From: an uncultured Bacteroidota bacterium
GTDB lineage: Bacteria > Bacteroidota > Bacteroidia > Chitinophagales > Chitinophagaceae
Direction of reading: 5' to 3'
Assembly: GCA_903877645.1 (NCBI GenBank)
Contig: CAIRES010000072.1
Location: 63,822 to 87,821 of the forward strand
Length of the DNA: 24,000 nt
The notes under the pieces were generated by a model. The model saw only the letters and a list, made by a program, of their open reading frames with translations, had not been told where the DNA came from and made no database searches. This document shows positions 15,896-24,000 of this stretch, piece after piece. Made by a program: the position numbers and the translations under genes. Numbering within the stretch: the first letter of the stretch is position 1; each line of letters starts with the position of its first letter.

Positions 15896-17422
15896 TTATT
15901 TCCCTTCGTTCATCTTCATAACCGCCCTGCGGTTCTTAGCCCGGCCTTCCGGTGTCTTGTTGGTAGCGGCAGGGTCTTTTGTGCCATGGCCTACTGTTTT
16001 CACAGATTTAGCATTCACACCTTTTTTACGCAGGTAGCTCTTTACAGAGTTTGCGCGTCTTTTAGAGAGTATCTTATTATAAGTAGCCCCGCCCTTGCTA
16101 TCAGTATAGCCGTGTACAGTTACAGTTGAATTCGGATCTTCCTGTAATTCCTTTATTGCTTCTTCCAGTATAGGGTAAGAAGAAGGGTGGATGCTTGTTT
16201 TATTGAAGTCAAACAATATCGGCGTAGATACGTCCAGCTTTTCTTCCGGCTCCGGCTGATCTTCTACAGTAGTAGGTGATGCCACAGGGGCCTCTTCTTC
16301 TACAGGTGCTATAACAGGTGCCTCTCCTGCAGCAGGCGGCGCCTGGGGGCAACTTCTTTTGCCCAGGCAATACCGTACACCTACACTCAGGCCATAAGAG
16401 TTATTCATGCTGCTCGTTACTGTATTCAGCATAGAACTGTATTGCCCTACCTTATCGGTAATACGGTAATTAGATGCAGCCGTATTATTGAAATCCTGGT
16501 ACAGGTAATATACACCCAGGTTCAGCGAGGTGCGGTGGCAGAATGCAATGCTGATCGCAGGTCGTACCAGCAAGCCTATAGTACCCGCAGTATACGATAC
16601 ATTGCCTGTGGTTTTGTACGGGTTCACACCCAGGCCCACATTGTAGCCATGGCTCTGCAGCTCATTAAAATAGGCAGGGATATTATTATAGCCCGAAGAA
16701 GCATACTTGCTCTTAGTGATCAGCAGGTCTGATGCGCCCGGTGTTGCATTATTGTCATACACAGGTATGATTCCTTCCGGCGTTTCATCGTATTTATAGA
16801 TCGCCTCGTAATCAAATGCACTCTTTGCTGTGTAGTTATTTGTTTCTACCAGGTTGAACAATACACCCGCATCTACCGTAAACCCGATTTTGTTCGTGAA
16901 TTGAGTTTTGTATTTGAACAGTAAAGGGATGTTGAAATTATTGATCTTTAAAGATTCCTTTACTTTGCCATCAGAGGTCAGCAATTGCCTGAAGGTACCA
17001 CCCATGTTATCAGATGATTGGTATTCTACATGAAAATGGTCCATCGTCAGGTCGCCCATCTGGTACATATACATAACACCGGTACCAATACCGAAGTGAC
17101 GTTTTTTACCAAAGAAATAACCGATCTCCGCGTCAGCGCCCATAGATGCACCACTATTGAATTTCAGGCTGCTGGTTTGGGTATTCAGGGAGTTAGTATA
17201 TCCTGCAGCAGGACTTACTGCGCTGTAATCCTGCATCAGCATGCCACCGGTCAGGTTCACATCTATGCACCAGTGCGACATGGCAGAGCCGCCACAGCAC
17301 CCCTGCATGCTGCCCGAATTATTATTCCTGCGCACATTGTCGCCATCTGCATTGATATTCTGCGCATGCAACGGCAGGCAGAAGGCAGCGGTAAGTAGTA
17401 ATAGTATGATCTTCTTCATCAA
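15896..17422 (-). CDS. OmpA-family outer-membrane protein (N-terminal beta-barrel-like domain, Pro/Ala/Glu linker, C-terminal OmpA peptidoglycan-binding domain)
   Basis: MMKKIILLLLTAAFCLPLHAQ signal. Aromatic/Gly-rich alternating N-domain, linker APPAAGEAPVIAPVEEEAPVASP. OmpA_C motif VHGYTDSKGGATYNKILSKRRANSVKSYL...GRAKNRR. Confidence 0.88.
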   Translation of the reverse strand: MMKKIILLLLTAAFCLPLHAQNINADGDNVRRNNNSGSMQGCCGGSAMSHWCIDVNLTGGMLMQDYSAVSPAAGYTNSLNTQTSSLKFNSGASMGADAEIGYFFGKKRHFGIGTGVMYMYQMGDLTMDHFHVEYQSSDNMGGTFRQLLTSDGKVKESLKINNFNIPLLFKYKTQFTNKIGFTVDAGVLFNLVETNNYTAKSAFDYEAIYKYDETPEGIIPVYDNNATPGASDLLITKSKYASSGYNNIPAYFNELQSHGYNVGLGVNPYKTTGNVSYTAGTIGLLVRPAISIAFCHRTSLNLGVYYLYQDFNNTAASNYRITDKVGQYSSMLNTVTSSMNNSYGLSVGVRYCLGKRSCPQAPPAAGEAPVIAPVEEEAPVASPTTVEDQPEPEEKLDVSTPILFDFNKTSIHPSSYPILEEAIKELQEDPNSTVTVHGYTDSKGGATYNKILSKRRANSVKSYLRKKGVNAKSVKTVGHGTKDPAATNKTPEGRAKNRRAVMKMNEGK

Positions 17423-17443
17423 TAATATGTTTAATCAGCCCTT

Positions 17444-19204
17444 TTAGTTCTTTACAAAACGGGTTGTTGCGATCTTTGATCCATTTTCAAAACAGCTTAC
17501 TGCATATATACCTGCGGGCAATGCTGATATGTCCATTTTTGTGGTGTTGCCTGTCACAGGAACTGTCTGTAACGTTCTGCCCAGCATATCTGCCACGCTT
17601 ATGGTGGTTGCGTTGTTTGCATGTGCAATACCAACATTCAGTACATTATCCGCAGGATTAGGATATACCTGCAGATGCGTATCTGATTTTGAAGTACCGG
17701 CTACAGATGTGGTTGGCTTGTTATAATAGATCTTTTGCGAGCAGCCACCCTTTGTCACGATCACCCAATAAGCATTATCAGCAAAGTCGGGCAATGAATT
17801 AGGATAGCTCTGGAAATGGGCTCCGGGTATCATCGTTGAGTCAAGTGTGTTCACATTATCATATCCCCACTGGTACGTATCGGCAGTATTGTCGTTATAA
17901 ACGAATTGAGACCCATAATAGATCACATCAGCAGCGGTGAAGGAGGAAGAACCTACCGTAACAGCAAATGTATCATTCACTGAGCAATGTGACGAGATGC
18001 GCGCGTTAAGTGTTATCCAGGCGTTTCCTGAATTAGGGAAATTAACAAGTGCATACTGTCCGGTGCTACCAACTGTCCATATATCGGCATTGATAGCGCC
18101 CCATGTATAAGAGCTGGCGGCAGGCAGCAGGCTCGATGCGCCAAAATTCTGGTACATTGTTCCCTGGCATACCGATACCGGTGAGCTGGTGCTGATGGTT
18201 GTTACTCCTGTTTGCGGCACTACGCTGATGGTCACATCGCGTGTGGCGCTGCAGCCATTGGCAGTCAATAAAAAAGTGTATACAACATTCACAATAGATG
18301 ATGTGCTATCTGTAAGTGCTTCAACGATCGAACCGCTGCCTGCATTTGTTGCTGGGCTGATGCCGGCTACTGCAGCACGGGTCCAACTGATGGCAGTACC
18401 AGTAGTAGCGCTTGTGGCAGCATAAACGAAAGCGCTGCCTGAGCATACGGTATCTGTTGATGCAGAAGACAAGATCGGTGTCGGGTTCACCACTACGGTC
18501 ACATCAGCGCCTGTACTGCAACCACCTGCAGATACCGAATAATGATACACCACCGGCACGCTGTAATAAGTTGAATTCAGCAATGTTTCCATTGGGTCAC
18601 CGGTACCGCTTGCTGCCGCATTGGTGATGCCCGGTACAAATGAGCGGCTCCAGTTGTAGGTTACGCCTGTACCCGTGCTTGTTGGAGTATAGCTGAATAG
18701 CGTATTGTTACAAACATCAGGTGGTGTAAGTGAACTGGTAAGTGTGTATGTAGGGTTCACCGTTACCACGATCATTGTGCTGTCTTCGAATGTGCCGTCC
18801 GATATTTTAATGCTGAAGGTGTCATTACCTGTAAAGCCTGTAGCCGGTGTATACCTTACCAGCGCAGGGGTTACGGTAGCGCCGGTAGAAACGGTCATGG
18901 TAGTGAAGCCTGCCAGTGTACCATGTGCAGGTGCAGTATTTACCGTCCATGTTTCTGTTTGCGCCACGTCACTGTCTGAAATAGTAAGTATCACGTCAAT
19001 CGATACTTCGCCCGAGTTTTCACAAGCTAATAACGACTGAACATGGCCACCAATGAATACCGGTGCATGATCAGTTGCCGGCCTGCCAATTGCGGTAGCC
19101 GACAAAAATAAAATGCACGGAATAAGCATGAATCTTAAAGAGGATTGCCTCTTTAAATTACCCGAAAAACACGACCTGTATAGGTAAAGAAATCCTTCCC
19201 TCAT
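17444..19204 (-). CDS. T9SS-secreted cell-surface protein: Ig/cadherin-like N-domain, three PKD-like Cys-pair repeats, type-A Por_Secre_tail C-terminal domain
   Basis: The CTD LQVYPNPADNVLNV...ISVADMLGRTLQTV...MDISALPAGIYAV...TRFVKN (nt ~17447-17680) fits the T9SS sorting-domain pattern. Internal ~90-aa repeats (nt ~18212-18754) each have C....Y.....G....W.R...GI.....G.G.I.E.L.......V.Y......GC.....V.V.V.P. The start is uncertain: 19228, 19204 (MREGF..., downstream of a TATTTTTC box at 19230-19237) or 19129 (MLIPCILFL). Confidence 0.85.
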   Translation of the reverse strand: MREGFLYLYRSCFSGNLKRQSSLRFMLIPCILFLSATAIGRPATDHAPVFIGGHVQSLLACENSGEVSIDVILTISDSDVAQTETWTVNTAPAHGTLAGFTTMTVSTGATVTPALVRYTPATGFTGNDTFSIKISDGTFEDSTMIVVTVNPTYTLTSSLTPPDVCNNTLFSYTPTSTGTGVTYNWSRSFVPGITNAAASGTGDPMETLLNSTYYSVPVVYHYSVSAGGCSTGADVTVVVNPTPILSSASTDTVCSGSAFVYAATSATTGTAISWTRAAVAGISPATNAGSGSIVEALTDSTSSIVNVVYTFLLTANGCSATRDVTISVVPQTGVTTISTSSPVSVCQGTMYQNFGASSLLPAASSYTWGAINADIWTVGSTGQYALVNFPNSGNAWITLNARISSHCSVNDTFAVTVGSSSFTAADVIYYGSQFVYNDNTADTYQWGYDNVNTLDSTMIPGAHFQSYPNSLPDFADNAYWVIVTKGGCSQKIYYNKPTTSVAGTSKSDTHLQVYPNPADNVLNVGIAHANNATTISVADMLGRTLQTVPVTGNTTKMDISALPAGIYAVSCFENGSKIATTRFVKN

Positions 19205-19507
19205 AATGATATAAAGTATAAATAACACCGAAAAATACTAAAAAAAGCTAAAAGCCCAAAGTATTGTACAATTATTTATGCGTCGGGAAGGCTGTGGATA
19301 CTACATTCCGGGGTTGACGATATGGCCTCCAGTGAATATATAAAACAAACATAAATAATTATTTCGGATGAAACGGAAAACCGGGAGACCCTTTCATGCG
19401 TATATAAATTACGAACCTGTAGCTTTTGGCGAAATTTTAAGAAAGTTTAGCAAAGCTTCAAATTCTTTGGCACAGGTTTTGTATTACCACAATCAAATAC
19501 AGACACT

Positions 19508-19696
19508 ATGAAAAACAGGACAGTAACATATTTCAGCAAAAGCAAAGCACTCAGGATACTCGAAAGCCCTTTACAGGCCGACCTTAAAACCCTTTTAAGC
19601 GCGACATTTGCTATATCGCACAACAGGGTGGTAAAAAAACACATACAAAATACCTTGCAGGAGCTTTCTATGCCGGCCTATAAGTTATCAGCGTAA
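19508..19696 (+). CDS. Hypothetical small protein (62 aa); may instead be part of a non-coding transcript
   Basis: It is the only + strand ORF upstream of a strong + strand double-hairpin terminator (19736-19797). The predicted helical, basic peptide MKNRTVTYFSKSKALRILESPLQADLKTLL... matches no recognisable family and no clear promoter box is present. Confidence 0.3.
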   Translation: MKNRTVTYFSKSKALRILESPLQADLKTLLSATFAISHNRVVKKHIQNTLQELSMPAYKLSA

Positions 19697-19735
19697 GTGA
19701 CCTCCTATATCAAGTCTAAACTATCAAATGTAGTA

Positions 19736-19797
19736 AGTAACAGTTTTGTGCCATTGCGGTTTAAAACTGTTACTCCGTCCCGCAAGGGACTTTTTTA
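19736..19797 (+). terminator. Tandem hairpins ending in a canonical intrinsic terminator
   Basis: Hairpin 1 is AGTAACAGTTTT / AAAACTGTTACT (12 bp, 15-nt loop; 19736-19774). Hairpin 2 is GTCCC-GCAA-GGGAC (GNRA-type tetraloop; 19777-19790) followed by TTTTTT (19791-19796). It is oriented for the + strand only. Confidence 0.75.
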
Positions 19798-19864
19798 TTG
19801 GCCCTGCTGATGCCTTTAGTCGATATTTGCGTGTGTTGCTTACTTTTACACACAAATCCCCAAT

Positions 19865-21841
19865 ATGCAATTCGACCGCGAAGGCCTTTCAGATGAGGAA
19901 CTGGTAAATCTGTACACTGAGCTGTTGCGCCCACGCATGATAGAAGAAAAAATGCTGGTGCTGCTTCGTCAGGGCCGCATCAGTAAGTGGTTCAGCGGCA
20001 TTGGCCAGGAAGCAATTGCAGTTGGTGCTACACTCGCTCTCGATGCTGATGAGTATGTCATGCCACTGCACCGGAATCTGGGTGTCTTCACCGCCCGCAA
20101 AATGCCTTTCGATAAACTGTTCATGCAATGGCAGGGCCGTAAAGAAGGGTTCAGTAAGGGACGCGAGCGTTCTTTCCATTTTGGGGCAAACGAATATCAT
20201 ATTTGTGGAATGATTTCCCACCTTGGCCCCCAACTGGCCATAGGCGACGGCATTGCCCTGGCACATAAGCTCAGAAAAGAACAAAAAGTGGCTCTTGCCT
20301 TCAGTGGCGACGGCGGCACCAGCGAAGGAGACTTCCACGAGGCGCTCAATGTGGCTGCCGTATGGGGGCTCCCCGTCATCTTTCTCATTGAGAACAATGG
20401 TTATGGCCTCAGCACCCCCAGCAGCGAGCAGTTTGTGTGCGCGCAACTGGCAGATAAGGCCATCGGCTATGGCATGAAGGGCATTACCATAGATGGCAAT
20501 AACATACTCGAAGTATATAAGTACATCAAAGCAGCCAAGGAGTATTGCATCACCGAACAAAAGCCAATATTGGTAGAATGTATGACCTTCCGTATGCGTG
20601 GCCACGAAGAAGCCAGTGGCGTAAAATACGTTCCTAAGGAGCTGTTTGAACAATGGGCGAAACTGGATCCCCTCACCAACTTCGAGAACTTCCTTAAATA
20701 CGAGTACATCCTTAACGAGGAACAGATAAATACCCTCCGTGGGCAGATACAAGCAGAAATTGAAGAAGGTATTGCCCGCGGTTTTGAAACTCAACCCATT
20801 CATCCTGATACCGCAGAAGAACTGGAAGATGTGTATGCACCATACAAGATGCCCACCGTCAAGCCCTCCGCCGCCACTACCGAAAAGAAATTCATACAGG
20901 CCATCAGCGATGCCCTGCACCAAAGCATGGAGCGCCACCCCAACCTTGTACTCATGGGGCAAGATATTGCCGAATATGGAGGCGCTTTCAAGGTTACCGA
21001 AGGTTTTGTAAAAGATTTTGGCAAAGAGCGGGTACGCAATACCCCCCTGTGCGAAAGCGCCATTGTAGGTACAGCCCTTGGCCTGTCCATCAAAGGCTTT
21101 AAATCTATGATGGAAATGCAGTTTGCCGATTTTGTAACAGTAGGGTTCAACCAGATCATCAACAACCTCGCCAAGATACATTACCGCTGGGGCCAGAATG
21201 CCGATGTGGTTATCCGTATGCCTACGGGCGGGGGGGTGGGCGCAGGGCCGTTCCACTCCCAGAGTAATGAAGCATGGTTTGCTCACACCCCCGGCCTCAA
21301 AGTGGTTTACCCATCCACTCCCGAAGATGCCAAGGGGCTCCTGATAGCAGCTATCGAAGACCCCAACCCCGTCATGTTCTTTGAACATAAGGCATTGTAC
21401 CGAAGCATCAGCGGCAATGTACCCGATGATTACTATACTATAGAAATTGGAAAGGCCAGGCAGGTACGCGAAGGCAGTGATGTATCTATCATTACTTATG
21501 GTATGGGGGTACACTGGGCTACAGACTATGCCAACCAACACAAAGATACTTCATTCGATATACTTGATCTCCGCTCGCTACTGCCGCTCGACTATGATGC
21601 CATCAAGGCATCGGTGCGGCGTACAGGCAAGGCGCTGGTGCTGCACGAGGATACGCTCACAGGCGGCATAGGTGGCGAGGTGGCTGCTTGGATAGCAGAG
21701 CATTGTTTCGATCTGCTCGATGCCCCGGTCATGCGCTGTGGCAGCCTCGATACGCCCGTTCCGTTTGCTATCGAACTGGAGCAGAATTTCATGGCGCACA
21801 GCAGGCTGGACAGCCGTGTGCAAAAATTGTTGAGTTATTAG
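19865..21841 (+). CDS. Fused 2-oxoacid (branched-chain-type) dehydrogenase E1 component, alpha+beta subunits in one polypeptide
   Basis: 658 aa. The N-half carries the TPP motif GDGGTSEGDFHEALNVAAVWGLPVIFLIENNGYG. The C-half is an E1-beta/transketolase-like pyrimidine-binding domain (RVRNTPLCESAIVGTALGL, MEMQFADF, PFHSQS). This fused form is, as far as I recall, common in Bacteroidota. Confidence 0.9.
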   Translation: MQFDREGLSDEELVNLYTELLRPRMIEEKMLVLLRQGRISKWFSGIGQEAIAVGATLALDADEYVMPLHRNLGVFTARKMPFDKLFMQWQGRKEGFSKGRERSFHFGANEYHICGMISHLGPQLAIGDGIALAHKLRKEQKVALAFSGDGGTSEGDFHEALNVAAVWGLPVIFLIENNGYGLSTPSSEQFVCAQLADKAIGYGMKGITIDGNNILEVYKYIKAAKEYCITEQKPILVECMTFRMRGHEEASGVKYVPKELFEQWAKLDPLTNFENFLKYEYILNEEQINTLRGQIQAEIEEGIARGFETQPIHPDTAEELEDVYAPYKMPTVKPSAATTEKKFIQAISDALHQSMERHPNLVLMGQDIAEYGGAFKVTEGFVKDFGKERVRNTPLCESAIVGTALGLSIKGFKSMMEMQFADFVTVGFNQIINNLAKIHYRWGQNADVVIRMPTGGGVGAGPFHSQSNEAWFAHTPGLKVVYPSTPEDAKGLLIAAIEDPNPVMFFEHKALYRSISGNVPDDYYTIEIGKARQVREGSDVSIITYGMGVHWATDYANQHKDTSFDILDLRSLLPLDYDAIKASVRRTGKALVLHEDTLTGGIGGEVAAWIAEHCFDLLDAPVMRCGSLDTPVPFAIELEQNFMAHSRLDSRVQKLLSY

Positions 21842-21869
21842 CTACTTTCGTAACAGAAAACTGGTTTGT

Positions 21870-22709
21870 ATGGGTTCAAGATTTACACATGTTGTTTGGA
21901 TTTTCGCGGTGGTCTGCTTGGTTTCCTGCAAAGACTCGCCGTCTAAAAATCACGGCCCTATCGTTCTTGGTGATTCATCTACCATCGTTACTGAAACGGA
22001 TGCTGCACAACTACAGGACATGGTCACCGACCTTAAACCGGTGATTACTTCATCGTCAGAAAAGAAAGATACGCCGATAGTTGCTGCCACAGATGCTAAA
22101 GTAGCGGATACTCCTAAAAAGGCTGCGGTAGTTGTTGCGAAGCAACCTGTAACACTTGCCGGCAATGGCCTTCGTGCCGACTTCATCGAAACTTCTGTAC
22201 TCATCACCAACGTAAATGCCAAATTAGCCGGGAGGGCCGATCTCCACCGGGCCAATGGCGCAGTATATACCATGGCAGGTGGCGAATTGAATGGCAATAC
22301 GGTTAAAGTTACCGGTAACATTACCAAAGTATCCCAGCGCTATCAAACCATTGTACTTGTTAAGAATGAACTCGGCACACTCCCTGTAGAATCGCTGGCT
22401 ACTACTACTAACTGGGTAGCCATGAAAGGATCAAATAACACATACCGCATCTCCGGCCTCGACCCCCGCTCACTTGATGAGCCTGATGGCGACCGCAACA
22501 GCATCCGCAATGCAGTGGGCAAGGCCGCAAAGCGCCACCATATGAGCCGCAAAAAGATACAGGAGTGGGAGAACAGTGTACGTAATGTGCGCGAAACCAA
22601 TCAGAAGCCCCTCTACGTCACCCTCCGCTCAGTTATGTGGAAAATAGACGGCAAGGACGACAAAGGCCGGATGTTTTCCAAGCAGATCAGGATAGATATT
22701 CCGCTCTAG
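21870..22709 (+). CDS. Hypothetical lipoprotein
   Basis: MGSRFTHVVWIFAVVCLVSCKDS signal plus lipobox. 279 aa, 28 nt after the E1 gene, so probably co-transcribed. No family recognised. Confidence 0.65.
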   Translation: MGSRFTHVVWIFAVVCLVSCKDSPSKNHGPIVLGDSSTIVTETDAAQLQDMVTDLKPVITSSSEKKDTPIVAATDAKVADTPKKAAVVVAKQPVTLAGNGLRADFIETSVLITNVNAKLAGRADLHRANGAVYTMAGGELNGNTVKVTGNITKVSQRYQTIVLVKNELGTLPVESLATTTNWVAMKGSNNTYRISGLDPRSLDEPDGDRNSIRNAVGKAAKRHHMSRKKIQEWENSVRNVRETNQKPLYVTLRSVMWKIDGKDDKGRMFSKQIRIDIPL

Positions 22710-22718
22710 CCGTTTTGA

Positions 22719-23153
22719 CTATCTCAAAACAAAATGACTCATTGCCGGGTAGTGCATGCTTGTTTTCCAGTCAAGCGAAAAGATTTTTTTGAGATTGACC
22801 TTTAATTGTTCAAAGGTATCAGGTTTCATCAGGTAGAAATTCGCTCCCGTTCTGTAACAGTCTTCTATCGTTTTTCCGAAGCTCTCCGAAGTGTACATGA
22901 TGACAGGCAGATGATCATATTCTTTTGATTGTCTTATTTCCCTGATGCACGACATACCGTCTTTGCAGGGCATGTGGATGTCAAGAAAAAGCATTTCCGG
23001 GATTCGTTCTTTTAATAAGACGAAAAGAACTTCACCATTATGAGCGTGCCTGATCAAAACAGGTGTTTCTGTTTCTTTTATCGCCAGCTCAAAAAAATGC
23101 AGATCATCGTAATCGTCTTCAGCTACAATAACATCCCTCTCTTGTTCAGCCAT
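22719..23153 (-). CDS. Stand-alone response-regulator receiver domain (CheY-like, no output domain)
   Basis: 144 aa with acidic pocket VAEDDYDD, phospho-acceptor LFLDIHMP, conserved T/S (IMYTS) and K (YLMKP). Confidence 0.88.
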   Translation of the reverse strand: MAEQERDVIVAEDDYDDLHFFELAIKETETPVLIRHAHNGEVLFVLLKERIPEMLFLDIHMPCKDGMSCIREIRQSKEYDHLPVIMYTSESFGKTIEDCYRTGANFYLMKPDTFEQLKVNLKKIFSLDWKTSMHYPAMSHFVLR

Positions 23154-23373
23154 TGATCCATGGTTTTAGCCTGGTTATAAATTGCTATTCCGATTCTTAA
23201 ATTAAAACCATGCCAAACCGCCTATGCACACAGGTGTATTTTCATGATCTCAAACGCAGCCAAATGTAAATAATTAAGCTTTACGCCGCTGTTTTGAGAA
23301 TGATTTTCTCCGCTTGAATAATCTTCCCGCTTCCCCCGCACAATGCAAGCGTCTCGTCTGCGAATACAACTGA

Positions 23374-23407
23374 AATGCAAAAAGGCGCAACTCGAAGCTG
23401 TGCCTTT
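23374..23407 (-). terminator. Probable intrinsic terminator of rpiB
   Basis: Minus-strand RNA AAAGGCACAGCUUCGAGUUGCGCCUUUUUGCAUUU forms a GGC.CA/UG.GCC stem with one A-C mismatch, followed by U5. It starts 22 nt after the rpiB stop. Confidence 0.5.
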
Positions 23408-23428
23408 CTATAAATTATTCTCAGGAGT

Positions 23429-23875
23429 TTATATCTTTTCCACCCTGCGCTCATGCCTGCCGCCTTCAAAGGCAGTAGCCAGGAAAGTATCCGCCATTTG
23501 CTGTGCCAGCTCGGGCGATACAAAACGCGCAGGGATGCAGATCACATTCGCATTGTTGTGTGAGCGTGCAAGTGTTGCCAGCTCTGTTTCCCAGCATATC
23601 GCCGCGCGTATACCCTTGTGCTTATTGGCGGCCATAGCCACGCCATTAGCGCTGCCACATACCAGTATGCCTGCCGCCGCTTTGCCATCTTCTACCATAC
23701 TTGCTACCGGGTGTGCGAAGTCAGGATAGTCCACGCTATCCAGGCTATAGGTGCCCTTGTCTTCTATCTGCCATCCTGCGGCCGCGAGCGTTTTTTTGAT
23801 CTGCTCCTTGTATTCAAATCCGGCATGGTCTGCGCCTATCGCCAGTGGAAGGCTTTTGTTGAAAGTGTTGCTCAT
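23429..23875 (-). CDS. rpiB: Ribose-5-phosphate isomerase B
   Basis: 148 aa with IGADHAGFEYKE, GILVCGSANGVAMAANKHKGIRAA (catalytic Cys) and FEGGRHERRVEKI. Confidence 0.93.
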   Translation of the reverse strand: MSNTFNKSLPLAIGADHAGFEYKEQIKKTLAAAGWQIEDKGTYSLDSVDYPDFAHPVASMVEDGKAAAGILVCGSANGVAMAANKHKGIRAAICWETELATLARSHNNANVICIPARFVSPELAQQMADTFLATAFEGGRHERRVEKI

Positions 23876-23876
23876 A

Positions 23877-24000
23877 TTATTCGAGGTCTTTTAATGCTTT
23901 TCTTTTGTTCCTGTTGGTCGCAGTACGTCCGCTGATCACCACTGATATTTCGAACAGCAGATACAAAGGTATAAAAACAAGCAGGCAACTAAACATATCA
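23877..24000 (-). CDS. tatC: Twin-arginine translocase subunit TatC, C-terminal fragment (5' end outside window)
   Basis: Not in the ORF track because it is under 60 aa in the window. The minus-strand translation ...DMFSCLLVFIPLYLLFEISVVISGRTATNRNKRKALKDLE* resembles, from my memory of it, the E. coli TatC C-terminus (..[25 protein letters not shown]..). Its stop at 23877-23879 leaves 1 nt before the rpiB start. Confidence 0.7.
   Translation of the reverse strand, partial: DMFSCLLVFIPLYLLFEISVVISGRTATNRNKRKALKDLE

Noticed and set aside
19261-19400. Possible riboswitch or leader structure upstream of the T9SS cargo gene (short hairpins such as ATGAAAcggaaaaccg...TTTCAT)
   Set aside because: It contains only short, weak stems and no resemblance to any riboswitch core I know.
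19889-21541. Very long (550 aa) open reading frame antisense to the E1 alpha/beta gene
   Set aside because: The + strand frame has unambiguous TPP-binding and E1-beta motifs along its full length. The antisense product is low-information and recognisable as nothing. Long antisense ORFs are a known artefact of codon bias in moderately GC-rich genes.
23281-23729. ORFs 23281..23523(-) and 23343..23729(+) around the rpiB 3' end
   Set aside because: Both overlap rpiB and/or its terminator hairpin, and neither shows motifs. rpiB is unambiguous.
1-24000. Search for mobile elements, CRISPR arrays, prophage or defence islands, and long direct or terminal inverted repeats
   Set aside because: I saw no transposase, integrase or recombinase motifs, no repeat-spacer periodicity, no tRNA integration site and no nuclease, ATPase or methylase genes. 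The only repeats are gene-level paralogs and terminator hairpins. I cannot compute GC skew or k-mer statistics here, so a subtle compositional island cannot be excluded.

Overview
This is a 24-kb chromosomal segment that looks like Bacteroidota; Chitinophagaceae-like is only a guess. The phylum call rests on a T9SS (type IX secretion system) C-terminal sorting domain, promoters matching the Bacteroidetes -33 TTTG / -7 TAnnTTTG pattern, no Shine-Dalgarno sequences, a fused 2-oxoacid dehydrogenase E1 alpha/beta gene, and many signal-peptide+Cys lipoproteins. I support 24 CDS (two are edge fragments, one is a doubtful small ORF).

Gene content, left to right:
- RidA fragment and a DUF4337 membrane protein.
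- A small lipoprotein.
- Two tandem paralogous lipoproteins with an EGF-like six-cysteine module, and a divergent secreted TPR-like protein.
- A tightly coupled minus-strand operon bioB-bioF-bioD-bioA followed by a fifth gene for a ferritin-like di-iron protein.
- An orphan TPR/transmembrane histidine kinase.
- Three tandem DUF4397-like lipoprotein paralogs and an M13 (neprilysin/PepO-type) lipoprotein peptidase.
- An OmpA-family outer-membrane protein co-transcribed with a PKD-like-repeat T9SS cargo protein.
- A 636-bp gap holding a possible small gene or sRNA with a double-hairpin terminator.
- A fused E1 alpha/beta gene plus a lipoprotein, and a stand-alone receiver-domain response regulator.
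- rpiB and the 3' end of tatC.

I found no rRNA, tRNA, CRISPR, transposase/integrase, phage gene or recognisable defence gene. By eye the region looks like ordinary core or accessory-surface chromosome. The best candidate for new biology is the di-iron protein appended to the biotin operon, possibly supplying the missing pimeloyl arm or supporting BioB. The EGF-like lipoprotein pair and the DUF4397 triplet are secondary curiosities. All homology calls come from motif recognition by eye; no searches were run.
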